From: Monodelphis domestica | Taxonomy: Eukaryota | Assembly (NCBI RefSeq): GCF_027887165.1 | Contig: NC_077230.1 | Location: 289,078,949 to 289,142,948, forward strand | Direction: 5' to 3' | Length of the DNA stretch: 64,000 bases | Notes under the pieces: generated by a model | The model's input: the letters and a program-made list of their open reading frames with translations, nothing else | Told to the model about the DNA's origin: nothing | The model's database searches: none | Shown here: piece after piece, positions 62,041 to 64,000 of the stretch | How the letters are laid out: each line of letters starts with the position of its first letter | Numbering within the stretch: position 1 is the first letter of the stretch | Made by a program: the position numbers and the translations under genes

Positions 62041-64000
62041 TATGTACATATCTTTATGTCTGTATATACTGAGGATGTGTACATACATACATTCTTTAAA
62101 ACTATAATCCACTATGAAAGAAAATTATAAAGCAATAGTATCTACATATGCATACATATTACATAGAAAGATAAACGTTATGTAGATGTGATATAAATGT
62201 ATAACATATCTAGTCATCTATAGATATAGATGACACACACACACAGAGAAATCTCCACAAAGTCCTATTCTGAAGTTTCACAATAACATGGAAATGACCT
62301 TGGGTTCCTGGAGACTGTCATCAGAGAGCAAACTCTAGCAGGTTCTACCATGATGGAAAGACTTTAATTACAATTCTAGCAATATCTGCTTTCTAAGGAC
62401 TAGTTTAGCTAAGTATAAAGAGATTCATCACCTTCAGTGAAAAACTGTTTGGTCATGATGGCCCATGAAACAAAGAAAAATACAAAATTACCCTTAGTTC
62501 TATACAGCTCTCTTATGATTCTATAGTGACTATGGAAGAGTACAGAAAACAGGAGTAGCTGGTGCTACAAATCAATGCTTAGTCTGTCTGTGAAAATTAA
62601 CTTAGCTGTTGGTATTCTAAATATAAGAACTGGTCATCCTTGTCTGATGACCAATGATTAGACATACTATTAGAGAAACTAAATTGCATCAATATTGACA
62701 TTCTCCTTGTAAATGAAACTAGAAGGCAAACGTTGAAGCTAAACAAAGGGTGGCTCACAGGATTGGTGGGAGACACAAAGGAGTTTGCAGGGTTGATTTC
62801 ACAAAAGCAGCAAAAAATGTAATTTTATGAGACATTTGATCATTTCATTTTAAAAAGACAACTATAAAAAGTAACTAGCTTATATACCAATTTCTGAAAT
62901 AGAGAATAAAGGGCTAGAGACATTTTGTGAAGAATTCATTAAGAACTTCCAAATCAATTCAACATATTCTTTGATCCTGGGTGACAGCTATACATCATCC
63001 ATACTTTGAGAAAAGAATCAGGAAGTGAACCTGTTGAGCACTAAATAAAACAATGTTAAAATATTTAAATGAAAAACATAACTGATATTTTAAGAAAAGG
63101 AAAAAATTGATTACTGAAGTGGGACTCACTCCCAAATTAGCAATATATTCAGGGGCCAATTAACATTATGGTAGATTTACAGAAAAAGAATAGCACATTT
63201 GGTACCAAGAATAACAAATGAATAATATTTATGTCTAACATACTTTGAGAGATGTCCCTGTTATGATGAAATTTAAAATATTTACATGTCACAAGCAACA
63301 ATATTCACTGTTAAAATTTGCATCCTTTTATCATTGTTCACCATTCAATAAAAGTTAGCCTTTAATCTGTATTATTCATCTTTAACAGTAATTAAAAGTA
63401 TCCAATTACAGCAATGGTAATAATTTTTCATTAAAAGTAAATCTTTAAATGGCATTGAAATGGCTACATGAGAACCCAAATTTTAAAAGCAAAAAGTCAG
63501 GGTGAGAAACAAATTACAAAATTCTTCCGTGACATTTAAAAGTAGAACTCCTTGCCCAATTGACAAACATTCTACAGTACTAAGCTATTTCCATTTTCCC
63601 CACCTTCTACATTAAGCCTTTTCTGATCCTTCCTTATTCCTCCCCCTAGGAATTACCTTGTATTTACTTTTTAATATCCTAATGTATATCACCAACTTAA
63701 AAAACTTAGGGCAGGGACTGTTATTTATGTCTCTGTACTCTTAGTGACTGGTACACAGAAGACTGCTTAATAAATGTTTGCCAAATGTTTTATTTCCCCA
63801 CCATTTTATTCTAGAAATTGTACTTCCAGTTCAATGAGTTCAATTCTAAAAAAAAGAATTGCTTATGCATAAAGTAATTTTTTTCACTTGTATAGGATAT
63901 ATGATGGGGCTGAGAGAATCATGAAAGGTATCTATTCTACCTGGAGAAATGGCCAGTTGTGACGATTCAGGATGTATCATACTGATATTAAAGGGAACTG

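Overview
This is a eukaryotic, almost certainly marsupial (Monodelphis-like) genomic window: AT-rich, intron-dominated, and full of tRNA-derived CORE-SINEs of the MAR1/SINE1 type (GGGGCAGCTGGGTAGCTCAGTGGATTGAGAGCCAGGCCTAGAG...), MIRs, L1 and RTE-like LINE fragments and ERV/LTR debris. It holds two convergent, tail-to-tail genes. On the + strand are the last five coding exons of a Tudor-domain protein whose sequence and synteny fit RNF17 (an extended Tudor domain ending ...MGLADLDE*, stop at 11859-11861). On the - strand are 16 coding exons of CENPJ/CPAP (exons 2-17 by human numbering). These run from the ATG exon at 61067-61514, through the 1.6-kb exon 7 at 44614-46231 and the coiled-coil exons, to the G-box/TCP exons, with the stop codon at 18108-18110. 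All splice junctions were traced by hand; GT/AG sites and reading-frame phases are consistent across every junction. The ~6.2-kb intergenic spacer between the two stop codons is filled by an LTR copy, SINEs and a 5'-truncated L1. There is no CRISPR array, operon or defence-island-like structure, and I found no novel system; this is an ordinary genic region. The items most worth a second look are: a perfect 2,032-bp tandem duplication in a CENPJ intron; CENPJ exon 3 sitting between an ERV 3' LTR and a repeat whose two halves are contiguous elsewhere in the window; a 5'-truncated gamma-like ERV pol (RT-RNaseH-IN) antisense in CENPJ intron 3; an RTE-like LINE with long residual ORFs; and a consensus GTAAGT donor 2 nt after the RNF17 stop codon.
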